Shown here: in pieces, positions 1 to 12,928 of the stretch
How positions within the stretch are numbered: the stretch's first letter is position 1
Layout: the number at the start of each line of letters is the position of its first letter
Assembly: GCA_018398765.1 (NCBI GenBank)
Contig: JAHBMJ010000267.1
Location: forward strand, 1-51,961
Direction of reading: 5' to 3'
DNA: 51,961 nucleotides
Source of the DNA: Chromera velia
Lineage: Eukaryota
Position numbers and translations under genes: made by a program
The notes under the pieces: generated by a model
Seen by the model: the letters and a program-made list of their open reading frames with translations, nothing else
Databases searched by the model: none
Told to the model about the DNA's origin: nothing

Positions 1-1697
1 CCCCCCCCCCCAAGGTTCAGAAGTCCGCACTTTTGAACCTTGGGCAAGGGGGGTCAAACCCCCCCGCCGCCAGGTCTAGACATGGGCTAATTGCGGGTCC
101 AGGAGGCGCCACCACGGAGCTAGAGGGGGTGGCGGCACCCTGCTCCTTCGACGCACGCAGCCGACTTTGCCTCTGTCGGCCAATAATCGGGTCTGAAGTC
201 TCTTGTCCATCTTGAAGGTCCACAGCCTAAGGTTCAAAACTGTAGAGTTCTGAACCTCTGAGCAAATGGACTTTTCCCACATAAATGTTACCAGAAAAAG
301 CGCTCTGTCAGATGTTTTCTAACGGTTTTAAAAGATGTCTGACAGAGCGTTTTCTCGGTTTTGACTTTTTTTTCGGGAGTGCACTTTCGGGGTTCTGGAG
401 GAGACGGGTGTTGGTGGGTCCCCTCGGATCGGCACGAAGTGGAGCTTGGAGGTGGGTCCAGTGGACACCAGCCGTCTTAGTCTTGTTTTCAAGGTCTTTC
501 TGCTTGCTACTTCTCCTCCTGTTCAAGCAAGGAAGGGCTGCTAGCCTTATCTAGGTATTAAAGTACTGCTGCCCTCATCGCTCTCCAGGACTTTACTCTT
601 TCCTTGCAGGTCACAGTCTTGGGAGCCCCGGCGTCAACCCCCGGGTCAGCCTGTCCGGACCCGCTGCTTCTTAGGCTCTTGGTTTTTTTCTTGGGACCTT
701 GTGCGTGCAGAATAAGCTGAACAGAAGTGCTTCCTTGATTGCATAAAGCGTGAATGCCTGTCCCTCCGTATTTGCAGGTGTTGGTGGACGGAGACTTGGG
801 AACACCTGCAGGTCAGTTAAGGAAGCGCGGCTTGCTCTCTCGCTTTGTATAATGATTTGCTTGGCATTCAGCTTCTTTGTTCTGCTAGGAGCTTGACAGA
901 AACGCACAAGGGAGGTCACTGAGAGAGGGTCGATGGAGAGTTTGCTGGAGCCTCCATTTTTTGACCGCCTCTTCTGAAGCTTTGCACAGCTCTCAGTCGT
1001 GCCAGACATTTTTCCACCCAGAACAATCGCTCAGCTTTTATGCATTTGAATGTCTTCTACTTGCTCCGTGTATGTCAGTCTTTCAAAGCGGTCCATACTA
1101 TCCCAACGTAAGTGCTATTTACTCGTTTAGCCTTTCTCATTTGTGGTACTCCATACTGGTCTCCCTCTGAACATCTGGATCTACCTACAGACCTGTCCTT
1201 CTTTTTCACAGTTTCTCATTGACACACGTAGAACGATTTGCAAGCTTTTACGCCGTGTAGTGTGAGTTCTTTGTGAATAAAATTATGTTGTCTCTGTGCT
1301 CTGTTCTTTAGAATCCTCTCCAACCCCTACTGACTGCCCCCTATCCGGTCTGACCAGCCTAGCTGTGAAGCCCTCCTTCCTGCACTGTTTCCCTTGCAGA
1401 AGAAGCAATTCTTTATACTTGATTGGCGGCGCTAAACGTTGCTGTTGAGCATATTGATGAGTGTTGTGCATGTGTATTTCTTTGCAGGTAACATTCACTA
1501 ACTTCCACGTGCCGCGGTGATCGTAATTTTTCCCTAGCTAATCAACCAGTCTTTTGAGCACATTTGAGCAGATTCGCACAGAAGTAACGATTTTAAATGC
1601 TCAAAAAAACTTTAGATTGCTTTAATTAACCTAGTTTTACTTTATAATGAAGCTAGAATATAGTAAATTTAAAAGTCACTTTGAATTCCACTAAGTC

Positions 1698-3680
1698 CTA
1701 CTTTAGAGTCCACTCTGTTCTCAGTGGGGAGCTTGACGTAAACTTTCTTCCCCACATCCATGGGGGCCTGTAAGAAAGCTGTGGACACGTCAGCTTAGCG
1801 TACGCAAAAGAGTTGCTAAGGGCGTAGATGATGGCTACTCTGACGAGGCCAGGATTGGGAATGCCAGAGAAGGTCTCGATCACCGTGGAGTTTCGATGAC
1901 CCATGATAACGAGGCGTGTTTTAGGAACTCGGCGGTTGCCCTTAAGCTTCCATGTCAGGACAAAGCGCATCGGAATAGCCTTGTCAAAGCCAGCCTAAGG
2001 AGGCATCTCTCCCTTCTACATGACGTTAATCATGGCAAGGTTCTTCTTGTACTTGTGCATCTCAGTGAGGATCGACTCATCAAAATCACCCTTTGCTATC
2101 TCCTCCTTGGTCGCAGGTACGTGACCTTCAGGACTTTAACTGCCCAAGTAGAGGCAGCCATCTCAACGAGCTTGCAGAGGTCAGCAACCTTCACTTCCCT
2201 TTCCTAATCTGAAGGGAAGATCCAGTCCCCATCGACCGCCTCTGGCTCGTCCATATGTTTGTCTGCAGATGGAGCGGCTTCAAAAGGAGAGACATTCATT
2301 TCCCCGCCTCCTGAAGCCGCGGAGGGCTCAGAGGTAGGTAGATGGAGAGGAGGCTTACCGTCCTCAAGAGGGAAAGAAGAAGAAATATTTCCTTTCAGCA
2401 GACGAACAATTTCTCCTCGCTTCCATCTTTTCATTCTGTCAAGCTTTATCAAGAAAGAGACATCAACGGATGCACGCATGACTCGAATAAGGATAGCAGG
2501 GAAAGTGGGAGCTTCACACTCAAAAGAAGCAAAGACACCGATACCTGGCTAAAGCTCAATGGATGTCTGTTCTCCGTTTCTGTGTGCATGCGACTCGTCT
2601 TCCTGTGGACTATCATCACTGATAACCTCCGTTGACACAGGGACAGACGGTAGTGGAAGCAGATGAGAGGCAGCAGAGGAGTGAACAGAACGAACGTAGT
2701 GAGGATGCAGACGCAAAACTACCCATCTGTTTTCTCTTTTCACAAGAACAGAACAGGAAGACTCATTCCACTTGCCCCCAAAAATGCCCACTTCACCCCT
2801 TGGAAACAAACTTTAAGATTTTGTTCAAGGCTTTGGATCAAAAGCAAGCACGGACATGCCAACGAAAAGTGAGTGCATGGGGGGAGGACGGCCATAGATA
2901 GCTTTGAACGGTGACTCACCCAACACTGAATGTACAGTGGTGTTCAGAGCATAGTACACATCCGGAATTAAGGAGTGCGGGCCAGGCAGAATGAGGGAAC
3001 TTGTACTGATCGAGTAACTTTTTCATCACCTTTTTGATCTCTCTGTTGGCCCTCTCGACGATGCTCTGAACTGCTGGAGTGTACGTGGGCCCAGTCAGAT
3101 GTGTGATGCCTCGTTCTCGACAGAACTTCTTATACTCGTGGTTGACAAACTCCCCATCGTTGTCTGTGCAGACATAGGTGGGCGCCCCCCACTTGGCAGT
3201 CTAGGCAATGAGGTAATCGAGGGTGGCATCCTTGGTAGTGAATGCCATGAGGGACTTAAAGCGCTTGCTGCTGTCAACGATGACAGAGAGGTAGACGAAT
3301 CCACCTATCCCTCTGCCGTACATCTCCGTCAAGTCCTGAAAGATCTTGTAGTTGAAGGGATGCTTGTTCTACTTAGAGTCGTCTCGACTCCCAATCTGTT
3401 GCTTCACCGCATTGACTGCAGGACAGGCTGGACACGCACGCACAGCCTCCCCACAGTTACTCTCCTTACCAATGTTATACCCCCTTTCCTTGAGGGTGCG
3501 ATACATGGCTCGAGCAGAAGGATGACCAAAGAACTTGTGAATCTCGGAGAAGGTGTGCTGAGAAAGATCGGGCTCCTCTCTCTGTACGTTGACTTCAGAA
3601 GCACCCTGCTTTGTCTGCTTGGAGTCTGTATTCTCTGTATTTAAGCGTTGTTGTCTACCTTATTCTCGTGAGCAGAATCA
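1698..3680 (-). pseudogene. Integrase and N-terminal reverse transcriptase of Copia A (stops and frameshifts)
   Basis: Hand translation of the minus strand from ~3545: EIHKFFGHPSARAMYRTLKERG..CPAC..KIFQDLTEM..YLSVIVD..VCTDNDGEF..TYTPAVQSIVERANREIKK. Later VPKTRLVIMG and DVSTAFLQAP, which match Copia RT motifs. Confidence 0.85.
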
Positions 3681-4168
3681 CAAGAAAAGTTTCTTTCGAT
3701 CATCTCTAGAAGATTCCTAATCTCCAGGATCCTGGACTTCCCGAGGTTTTCTCTCTATTCGTATCGCGAATTGATACGCCCACAGCCTATAAGAGTCTCC
3801 AATACTACACTTAACGTCTGTCCTAATGTTTTGCTTATATACCTATATTCTGTCCTACGGAGATCCTTATACATACGTACCTACCGTCTCATGAGGAGGA
3901 CTGTCCTAGGATCGATCCTTCACTCTCATCGGTTTCTTCTCTTCACTCAATTGCTCGATCCGACTCGATCACTTTTCTCTTCTTTTCTTTTCTTTTTTTT
4001 GTACATGCATGCATGTTTTTTTATTTAAATGCGTTTGGCTCTCGCAATGCGCGCGAATTTCGTGATCTTGAGTGACTTTGATGCTCGTACTGCGCGTGAC
4101 AGCCCTGCAAGGCGGCGAAATGCTATTTGAAGAGCGGCTTGGGCCCTACTAGAGCCAAACTTCCCAGT
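3681..4168 (-). repeat. 3' LTR of Copia B (488 bp)
   Basis: Aligns end to end with 11863-12353; differences are mostly transitions plus a 3-nt indel. A purine-rich tract precedes it on the minus strand (4169-4220). Confidence 0.9.
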
Positions 4169-5959
4169 CACCTCGTCATCTTGACGACTTTTTTCCTTTC
4201 CACCTCGTCTTTTCTTCTCTTGCTTCGACTCCGAGATGCATGCTTTCAGACCTTGAAGTTGGCCACCCTTCTCAGTCTTCCAGATATGCTTCTCTGTTCG
4301 ATTTTAAATTGTCCTTTCTTCTTTTTTTTTTTTTTCCGGGCAATCAAATATTTGGCACGCCCGAATCCTCCCCTTTTCGATTGATCGGAGGAACTCATTC
4401 ATCATCCTATGTCCCGACGAACTGTCTTCTGCAGCCTGACCGTTTGATTCGCATTGTTGGTTCTCTTCTTTCTGCATCTCGTCGTTTCTTTTGTCTTTCG
4501 GCCTCTCTAACTCATTTATCTTCCTTCGTTCCTTTCTTTTATTTCGTTTCTTTCTTCTTTTGGCATGCTGCAGGGCTCTCTAACTCCTTTACCCTTGTTT
4601 GGTCCTTTGTTTGTTTTGTTCTTCTCGGTTCCTCAAGCTTTTCTCATGGCTTGCTAACTCCCTTATCCTCGTTCAGTCCTTTGTTCGTTTCTTTCCTTCT
4701 TGATGTGCAACGTCGTCTTGCTTGCTTACCTTAATTTCTGCCTTTGTATATTCTTTCTACCTCCATTTAACTTGCCGTCCTTCCTTCGTTCCTTCCTTCC
4801 TGCTCGCTTTCCTTCTCTTCTCCTTCCTTCCCACCTTCCTTCTTCCTGCCTTCCTGCTTTCCTGTTTCTTTTCTTCTTTTCTTCCTTCCTACCTTAATTC
4901 CTTTCCTTCCTTCCTGCTTTCCTGCTTTCTTTCCTGTTCTTTTTCTCCTTGATCCTTCTTTCCTTCGCTTTTTTTTTTTTTTTTCTTCGTGGCCATGGCT
5001 GTCACAGTCCCTTCCACTCCTTCATGCTTCTGCTGCTGTCCCTCCATCCGGCTCATGAGGCTTTGACTTGGTGATGCCATTGACTCGACAGCTTGCCCCC
5101 CGTTCAAGCTGTAGCATCACCTTACTCCACCGTCAGGAGTTCAAGAGCTTCCACACAAATTCACTTTCAAAACCACTCCAGCCTTGCCTCGTCTATCTCT
5201 AATTCCTTCGACTCCTCTTGCTGTCAACGCCGTCTACTGCTCTCATAAAATCATCGGCTGTTTCCTGTCTATCTCTGATCTGCTGGCTTGTTATAGACTC
5301 TTTCTGTCTGTCAGTTTTCTTTGTTTCCTTTGATCCGACCAGATCCTGCTGCCTTCATTCTTCTTTCCTCCTCCCACCCCCTTCTGATGGTAATCAAAGG
5401 GCTCACTCTGTCTATGAGGGCCCGTCCAACACCTTTTATGGACCAATGTCATTCATTCATTTCCGTTCATTACTCTCGTTTCCCTTTGTTATACTGTTGC
5501 TCTTGCATACTTTGCATTACCCCCCCCAAGGCCCCAACACATAAGCAACCATACGTTTGACTCGAGATCGCATGAAAGGATCATGCAGCCATCAGGACGA
5601 GAAATAGCGAGTGCAAAAAGAGGAAAGACGTGACAAGAGTAGAAAGCGACTGAGCAAGTGAGAGAAAATATAGGTTGTAAAATTGGAAGGAAAATTAAGG
5701 AAGAATACAGACCAACCACAAACAACCGGGAGCACAGCAGCTCTCCCTTTGTATAAACAGACATCAGGTAAAGCTCAACGCAATCACACCTACCACAAAA
5801 GTTAAGAGCCAATCCCCCTTACCCCCCAACTCACATATACTTGTTTGCTCTCTTTCCCCATTATCACCTTGCAAAGTCGATTCCCCCTTTTTTCATCTCC
5901 GGCAATTCTGCTCTAACTGTCACTTCTGTCTTCAAACTGGCTTTGTCATCCAGTCTGTT

Positions 5960-7760
5960 CGGTTAAGCTTCCTGGGTGTCCAGACCACGTTTTTGGACGG
6001 GTCCATACCCATCTTCCGGAACGTCTAAATTACGTAATCAAGCTCGAGCTGGAGTTGTGGCTCCTTCGTGACCTTGCCTGAACGTAGGCAGGCGTACAGA
6101 GCCTCCGAGTTGATATATACGTTGACCTCCGGGAACTTTCCTGTGAGTTTGTCAATGAGAAACAGGGAGCACCACAGCTCCTTTGCCAACATCTTCAACG
6201 CTGACAGCTCTCCTGCGTGAGAGCTGTCTAAGATGGCGTCTTCATCCTCCGAGCTGAACTCTCCCCCTGCCCACTCTTCCTCTACCTCTTCCCCTCCCTC
6301 GACGACCCCCTGGTCATCACAGTCAACAGATCCGGGTTCATATGTCTCCCCTGCAACCCGTCCCCATCTTTCGTTTCTCTGCTCCTTCCCCCACCCTCTT
6401 GCCGGCTCCTGGATGATCTCTCGCTCGGACTTCCACTGGATTAGGTTCCACTCATCCCCCGCCTTATGGGACCACGTCCGATCGCCCTAGTATGCAACCA
6501 TCCTTTTCCGTACAATCCGGAGGATCCGTTTTCTACCTGCATCAGAGTATGCATACACTTTTTGTCCTTCAGGGAGGAGGGGTCTGAACTCTAACCTAGT
6601 CTTCTCCTGCTGTGCTTGTTGAAGGACGAGTCCTACGTTTCGGAGGAGACGGCGGCAGGGTTGAGTTATATATTTCTGCAGCTCTTGGTAATAGACCTGC
6701 TTCTTGGGGAGGAGGCTGGTGCCCCACCCCAAAACGCCACACGCCCCCCTATAGGCAGCCTGAAGACTCATGTCGACCTCCCACTCCTCTGGAGGTCGCA
6801 TGCACTTGTCAGTCACCTGCCTCGATGCCCCCCCTGCGATGTGAAGAATCCAGTCTGCTTCAACTGTCTTCAGATAATTCTTCTAGGAGACGAAGAGTCG
6901 GCCTTCTTCCATCTCCATATCTAGACCGACAAATCTATCCTCCCCCCCCGGCTGCAGTGTTTCGATCGGGCCAAGCTTGATCCTTTGACCTAGCAGCTTG
7001 AGGTCTCTCTTCACCCCTGCCCCACTCCCCCAGACATCGTCTACAAAATGGACCACCAAGGCGTCTGCGGCACTCCTGGCTGCCGGCTTCCCACCTTTGA
7101 GTCCATCTCTCCCCACTCCCTTCCGCTTTACCAGGACAGATTCATCCACAACCTCATAGCCTTTCAAGGACTGCATCTCTCTCTGGAAGAGACTGCAGAA
7201 CAGATTTCCGCTCCCTCTTCCCCCATAATGGGCCTTCGCTAGTAGATGGATGCTCCCCGGTTAGAGCTTTACCGCCTTCTGCCTCAACTCAACCCACCTC
7301 TCATCTGTGAATCTGTCTGGGAATGGGTTTTCAGTCAGGAGGACGGGGAAACCTACAGGGATCCTGACTCCTATTGCTCTGTGGGTATCTCAGTTCTCAT
7401 CGTCCACCTGTTGGAAGGCCTTCTCTACATCCACCCCATGGATCTGCATCGGCGGGTCTAGGCCTAGCATATAGACGAAGGAGATATTGAGACCGACAAG
7501 ACTGGGCACCCCCACGTACGTATCGATCGGTCTCATATCTCTGCCTCCTTTTACAAATATCCTTACCTTCTCTTTCTCCTGCTCTCCCTTCTTCTTGATG
7601 CCTAAGTTCTCCCCCATATTGACAATATACACAACCTGGCTCCTGCTTACCTTCCCCCCGATTATACCATTGTCAAGAATTCCCACAAATTCGTCGAGTT
7701 GGGCGGCCTCCAACTTTTCTGCTCTCACTTCCTCCACAGTGGCTGGCCGCAGTGAAACAC
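5960..7760 (-). pseudogene. Reverse transcriptase / RNase H of Copia B (disrupted)
   Basis: KVRIFVKGG and GVDVEKAFQQ (ORF 7390-8148). Catalytic LVVHFVDDVW at 7036-7047 (ORF 6883-7176). RNase H start VYAYSDAG (ORF 6487-6816), then SSHAGELSAL near 6200. Several stops and frameshifts. Confidence 0.85.
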
Positions 7761-8526
7761 CCCCCCTGAAGCTAGTGGCCATGGCGGCGGGTGGGATGCC
7801 TTCATCTTCGCTTCCTTTCCTTTCTCTCCTACCTCCCCTGGCTCCCTCTTCCTCTTCCCCATCTCTTTCTCCCTGTTTGGCTTCATCTGCTTCCTTCAAA
7901 GAGTCCATGCTCCCCATCTCTCCGTATCTTGGGTGTTCCCCACGGACGGCTGCTGATGATGCCGCGCTAGCTGCTGCTGCGCTGACTGACACCTCCGCTT
8001 TTCCTTTAGCCTTTCTCTGCCCCCGCGTCTCCACTCCCACAGCTGTTGAAAACCTGCGCGCATTTGCCCCAGAACTCGCTTTGGGGGCCGTGGGGTTTGC
8101 CATGGGAGACGGCTGCTGTGCTGTGACCGATTCTTTTCCTTCCGACACCGGGCTGAGGACAGACCGATGTACCTATCCCGCTGGAGACCCACCAACTGCC
8201 TGAAGCGAACGCTGATTCCCATCCCTCGAATGCCGAACCAAGACTGGTGACTGCGGTGGTAAGTCTTGAAAGGACGGATGGGAAGCAGCTGGGGCTGTGC
8301 TGGGTCGACTTCCTCCTGCTGGCTGAAAGAGAAGCTGAGCCCTGGACGATGACGCCAACGAATTTAGCACCGGAATCTGGGTGTTTGCGGACCCCTGCGG
8401 CTGTGGGGGTTACTGAGCAGGAACTGCTTATGATATGGGTTCCTGCTCCTGTGGGGCTTGCATCTGCTGCTGTGCTTGGCCTTGGTTTTGAGCCTGGGCT
8501 TGCTGCTGCGAGGTCATTGCTGCTCT

Positions 8527-9798
8527 CTATTTCATCCTCTGCAACTGTTCCATCACCTCTGCTCCCTCATCGCTCTCGCTCTCTTCACCGCTAGTCTGCT
8601 CCTGCTCTTGCTCAGACTCTGAAGGGACTGGGATTTTTTCTAGCTCTTGAGGATGCTGGATCCACTCTCCTTCTGTAGCTTCCGGCTCCCGACCTGTGTC
8701 CATGGAACCTGCAAGCATAGGGCTGGAGGCGGGGTCACCTCCTTTATACCCCCATTCAGAAAGGATGCCTTTTTGAATGACCGAAACATTGACAGGATGC
8801 ACAGAGCGTATGACAAATGGGACACCCTCAACCCTAAATTCTACCACCCTGACTGACTGACGCGACTCCCTGCGGATATAGTTCCCCCGCCTCCCTGGAA
8901 AGTCAGCCGTCTTCCTGGCCGTCTTTGGTGCATGCGGTTTGAAGACAACCTGATCTCCACACACAAAGCGGAGGTCCTGGTGTGAGCCACGCTTCTTGTT
9001 GTGAGGCGATGTGCCGATCTCGGAACTATACACCGCTCGATATGTCTGCACAACTCCCTCCACTAGCTCGGGAATGAGCTCATGGGGCCAGTTTTTAACT
9101 CTGAGCATCGTTGACATCAGAGAGCGAATAATCTTGATCGCATTCTCAGCAGAGCCCTGGGAGGGAGAGTGGTATGGTGCACTCTTATCGAAGTGCATAA
9201 ATGACATCACCTCCCTCATCCTTACACTCTTGAGGAGCGCTTCGTTGTCACTGCGAAACATCTTGGGATGATTGTGCAGTGGTGGGAGGAGACTTCGATT
9301 CTCTGCTGCAGTGAAGCGGACATAATGATCAGGTGTATCCCGTTTTATATCAAGGGCCATCACATCGATGTCACGAGAGTGAGTCTCGGCAATGACGGAG
9401 ATTGGGTAGCCCTCGATATTCCCGACGTCCCCATAAATCAACTCCCCATACCTCTGCATCTCCTTCTGCCTTCTGTCAGGGACAGGTTTGGGCATGTGGT
9501 AGGTTGCATTCCTCTCTTCACACAGACTGCACACTCTCCACACTTCTTTCCTCACCTTCTCTGACATGGAGACATTTCTTTCTCTCAGCGTTGCTACGAT
9601 TTGGTTGACATCGCAGTGAACTAACCACGCATACCAAGCCATGAGTTCGTTAGGATCCTCAATCAGTCTGCCTCTCCTCCCCTTCTCAATGTCTTTCACT
9701 TTGAGCAGCTTGGCAATATACGCTTTCACCTCAAGCGACGGCTGCTGACGGCAAGGACGTTGCCCCAGCGGGGCCATCGTGAGATAAGGGAGATTCAA
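8527..9798 (-). pseudogene. Integrase of Copia B
   Basis: 423-aa ORF with a WYAWLVH..CSLC zinc-finger remnant and the DDE triad LIYGDVG / FRSDNE / SQGSAENAIK, typical of Copia integrases. Confidence 0.9.
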
Positions 9799-10020
9799 GC
9801 CCTCCCCTCCTTGCAGAGCAGTGATTTCGATTCTGATCGGCTGCCCCCCTTAGTCGATCAATGTGACATAGTTGGCCCCCTGCAGTGGGCCCGGCAGGCC
9901 ATCATCAATAACCACCCGTTTCCCCCTCAGCAGATGTCTCATCTTCACCCCCTTCTTCGTGATGTACCCAATCGCATCGATATCCTCTATTCTACCTGTC
10001 TCCCATCGTCTGCCTATCAC

Positions 10021-11827
10021 TTAGACTGCCCCATACGATCCGACCCCAAATCTCTTTGCCTTCCTGTCTGTCATACTCATCACCAAATCGACTGGCACCT
10101 CCCACACAATCCTGTCAGGGTCAAGTGTGTCCCTGCAGAAGAGGCAGTGACTCACACAGGAGTCTGGGTGAAGTCTCTCGTCATATCTCCCCGTGCTGGT
10201 GTTAGAATCCTCATCCCCTTCCGCCGTAGATGCGACGGTCATCCATGACTCCAGGAACAGGCCTGTAGAGAGTGATCTAGGGGATTCAGTGTTTTCTTGG
10301 ACATCCGACTGTCGGCTGATAGGGGGATAATTTGCCCCACCACCGCCTGTCATTGTCCTTGTGGATTCTATACCTGGATGCACTGTGTACATAGATGCAG
10401 GTGGATGCACTGGCTGAATGGAAGCATGAGGATAGATAGTCTGCATAGAAGCAAGTGGAATTGTTGCTGGATTCTGTCCTACGGGTTGTCTTCCTACTTC
10501 CTCACTGCCTGGACAGTACTTAGCAAAATGACCTCTCTGGTTGCATTTGTGATATTGCACGTTCTTTGCCCAGCACTCAGGGGCCTGGGTGACCAACCGG
10601 ATACGAGATGTAGTACCCATAATTCACATACCCACCTGTAGACCGAGGGTTCGTCTGCCAAGGTTGAGATGGGTAAGACGGTTGGTGGCCATCAGCTCTA
10701 GGATCCCTCTGCTCATACTGCCTGATCATCCCCCCCCCACTCCTGGGTGCAAACTGCGCTGGATACCGCCCGCTTCCTCCATACGCATTCTGGGCTGGGT
10801 AACGAGGACCTCCCCTATACTGTTGCTGGATGGATCCCGGAGCCGACCCCCTTGGAGGGATCCCCGCTGTACCCACAAAATGCACCTCAAGAGCTGCCTG
10901 TGTCAACAGCGGCATGAGTATACTCAGGGCAGATTTGGGAAACATCTGCATCGGTCCTGGCGTTAGTTCAGTTAGGTGGGAGAGGCGAGGCTGCTGCTCT
11001 TAAACTATGTGCATATAAGTCATGTAGGCTTGGAGCAGAGATCCATTGGCTTGTAATGCTGCCATCTAGAGAGGCTGATTGGTGGATTTGTTCTCGGGTT
11101 TATTCTGTCCTTCTAATCTTTCTGCCTCCCTAAACGCTTTCAAAAATTTTTCTCTCTTCTGTCTCTCGATGCCTGACTCCCACCTCGCGAACGTGTCTTC
11201 TCCATTCTTCCCTATTTCATTTTGGACCGCCTGGACCAGTGGTTCATATTTGTTGTAGTCAGTTTCGCCCGGCCTAGTCTCAAAAAACGACCCCAAATTT
11301 TGAGGAAGGGCCCTCTGGGTATATCTTGCTCGGTCTTCGTCTGGGATTGTCACTCCACAACACTCGCAGAGTGTCATTAGGTGATCTGTGTCTTCTAACA
11401 GCTTCTGAGGGCTACGGATATAATCCGTTCTTGCCTGCATGGAGCTAAGGTTCTCCCAAACCTTTGTGATCATCTTTTTTCTGTCGCTCTTCCTAGCCTT
11501 CGTGGCTTCCTCAACAGCATCCCAAACTTGCTTGAGATACTGGGCTGAATCTGGGTTGTTTGCACTATTCAGGATATTCTGTGCGTACCACTTCTGGACG
11601 ATCTTCTCAACTGCTACTGCTGCCCTCCTGTGCTTCCGGACTGCCAGCTTGAGCTGTACGATCTCCTAAAGGTGTTTGGATTCAACGTCAGCTAAAGTCT
11701 GCTATGCTGAATTTCTATCCCTCTGTACCCAACATTCAGTCTTGTATTTCTCGATAATCCATTTGTTTGTGAGGAAGGAGAAGACTGGCTTCTTCGTATT
11801 TGACGACTCCGAATCTCCCAACTCCAT
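10021..11827 (-). pseudogene. gag and aspartic protease of Copia B (disrupted)
   Basis: ORF fragments 11066-11473, 10577-10951 and 10021-10620. Zinc knuckle YHKCNQRGHFAKYC (10513-10554; CX2CX4HX4C with the first C changed to Y). Protease-like HPDSCVSHC near 10146-10172. Confidence 0.8.
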
Positions 11828-11844
11828 CTCCTTCGGTTCCGCCC

Positions 11845-11862
11845 GACCCTGCAGGAGCACCA
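11845..11862 (-). promoter_or_regulatory. Primer-binding site of Copia B (TGGTGCTCCTGCAGGGTC)
   Basis: Abuts the 5' LTR. Its complement GACCCTG-CAGGAGC-A-CCA has the layout of a tRNA 3' end: T-stem strand, acceptor strand, discriminator, CCA. Confidence 0.8.
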
Positions 11863-12353
11863 TAAGAAAAGTTTCCTTCGATCACCTCTAGAAGATCCCT
11901 AATCTCCAGGATCCTGGACTTCCCGAGGTTTTCTCTCTATTTGTATCGCGAATCGATATGCCCACAGCCTATATTAAGAGTCTCTAATACTACACTTAAT
12001 GTCTGTCCTAATGTTTTGCTTACATACCTACGTTCTGTCCTACGGAGATCCTTATATGTATGTACCTACCGTCTCATGAGGAAGACTGTCCTAGGATCGA
12101 TCCTTCACTCTCATCGGTTTCTTCTCTTCACTCAATTACTCGATCCGACTCGATCACTTTTCTCTTCTTTTCTTTTCTTTTCTTTGTATATGCATGCATG
12201 CTTTTTTATTTAAGTGCGTTTGGATCTTGCAATGCGCGCGAATCCCGTGATCTTGAGTGACTTTGACGCTCGTACTGCGCGCGACAGCCCTGCAAGGCGG
12301 CGAAATGCTATTTAAAGAGCGGCTTAGGCCCTACCGGAGCCGAACTTCCCAGT
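11863..12353 (-). repeat. 5' LTR of Copia B (491 bp)
   Basis: Direct repeat of 3681-4168, followed on the minus strand by the PBS and gag. Confidence 0.9.
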
Positions 12354-12928
12354 GAATCAATAACAAAAGACTGTCGCTGACTCAACTCTTCAGCATGTCG
12401 GTGTAGAAGAGCACGGAGATGAGCTTTGTCTGGCAGTGCATCAACGTTGCAGTTAGGGACCCATATGGGGATGTGGAGTCCTACCCTGTGGCGCCGCCCT
12501 TTGCATGCACCATGACTGAGTAAGCTAGCGTGCCACACCACATTCTGCTGCCACGCTTTGCTTCGTACGTGTCGCGTGCACGTTGATTGAAGTCGAGTCT
12601 GACCTTCGCAATGTTCGCATTCAAGCAATATGTCACTTGAGCATTAAGCAACAGATAGGATCGTTTGAGGCAAATGTCTGGTTGTCATAGATCGAGAGTC
12701 TGAGAAAGAGGAACAGAGAGAAGCATAAGTAGAAATTGTGTAATGATAGAATGAACCCAGCTTATTAGAATCCCAGATCGCTCTAGAACTAAACCTTCTG
12801 TAAACTATTGCCTGAATGAGTGTTGCTCACGTTCCTTCTCTAGAATTTCTCTAAGGTTCTTGTCCTCGCTTTACCTTTTGTCTGGATGCCATAAGGTGGC
12901 TGGACAGGAGGGACAAAGCATTATGGTG

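Larger units (their letters stand above)
3681..12353 (-). mobile_element. Full-length decayed Copia-type LTR retrotransposon B
   Basis: Direct repeats at 3681-4168 and 11863-12353. Flanking duplication GAATCA at 3675-3680 and 12354-12359. PBS at 11845-11862. Internal gag-PR-IN-RT-RH order on the minus strand. Confidence 0.9.

Noticed and set aside
671..1500. Minus-strand ORF fragments as a gene or chromodomain
   Set aside because: There are many stops and no motif I could confirm; possibly decayed TE sequence.
3777..3790. GGCTGTGGGC as a half-tRNA(iMet) Copia PBS, implying two separate 5' LTRs
   Set aside because: The motif lies inside both repeats. A better 18-nt PBS at 11845-11862 and the shared TSD show the repeats are the two LTRs of one element.
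5489..5812. Hydrophobic 107-aa ORF as an env-like gene
   Set aside because: It has no ATG start, and the hydrophobicity follows from T-rich composition; no supporting motif.
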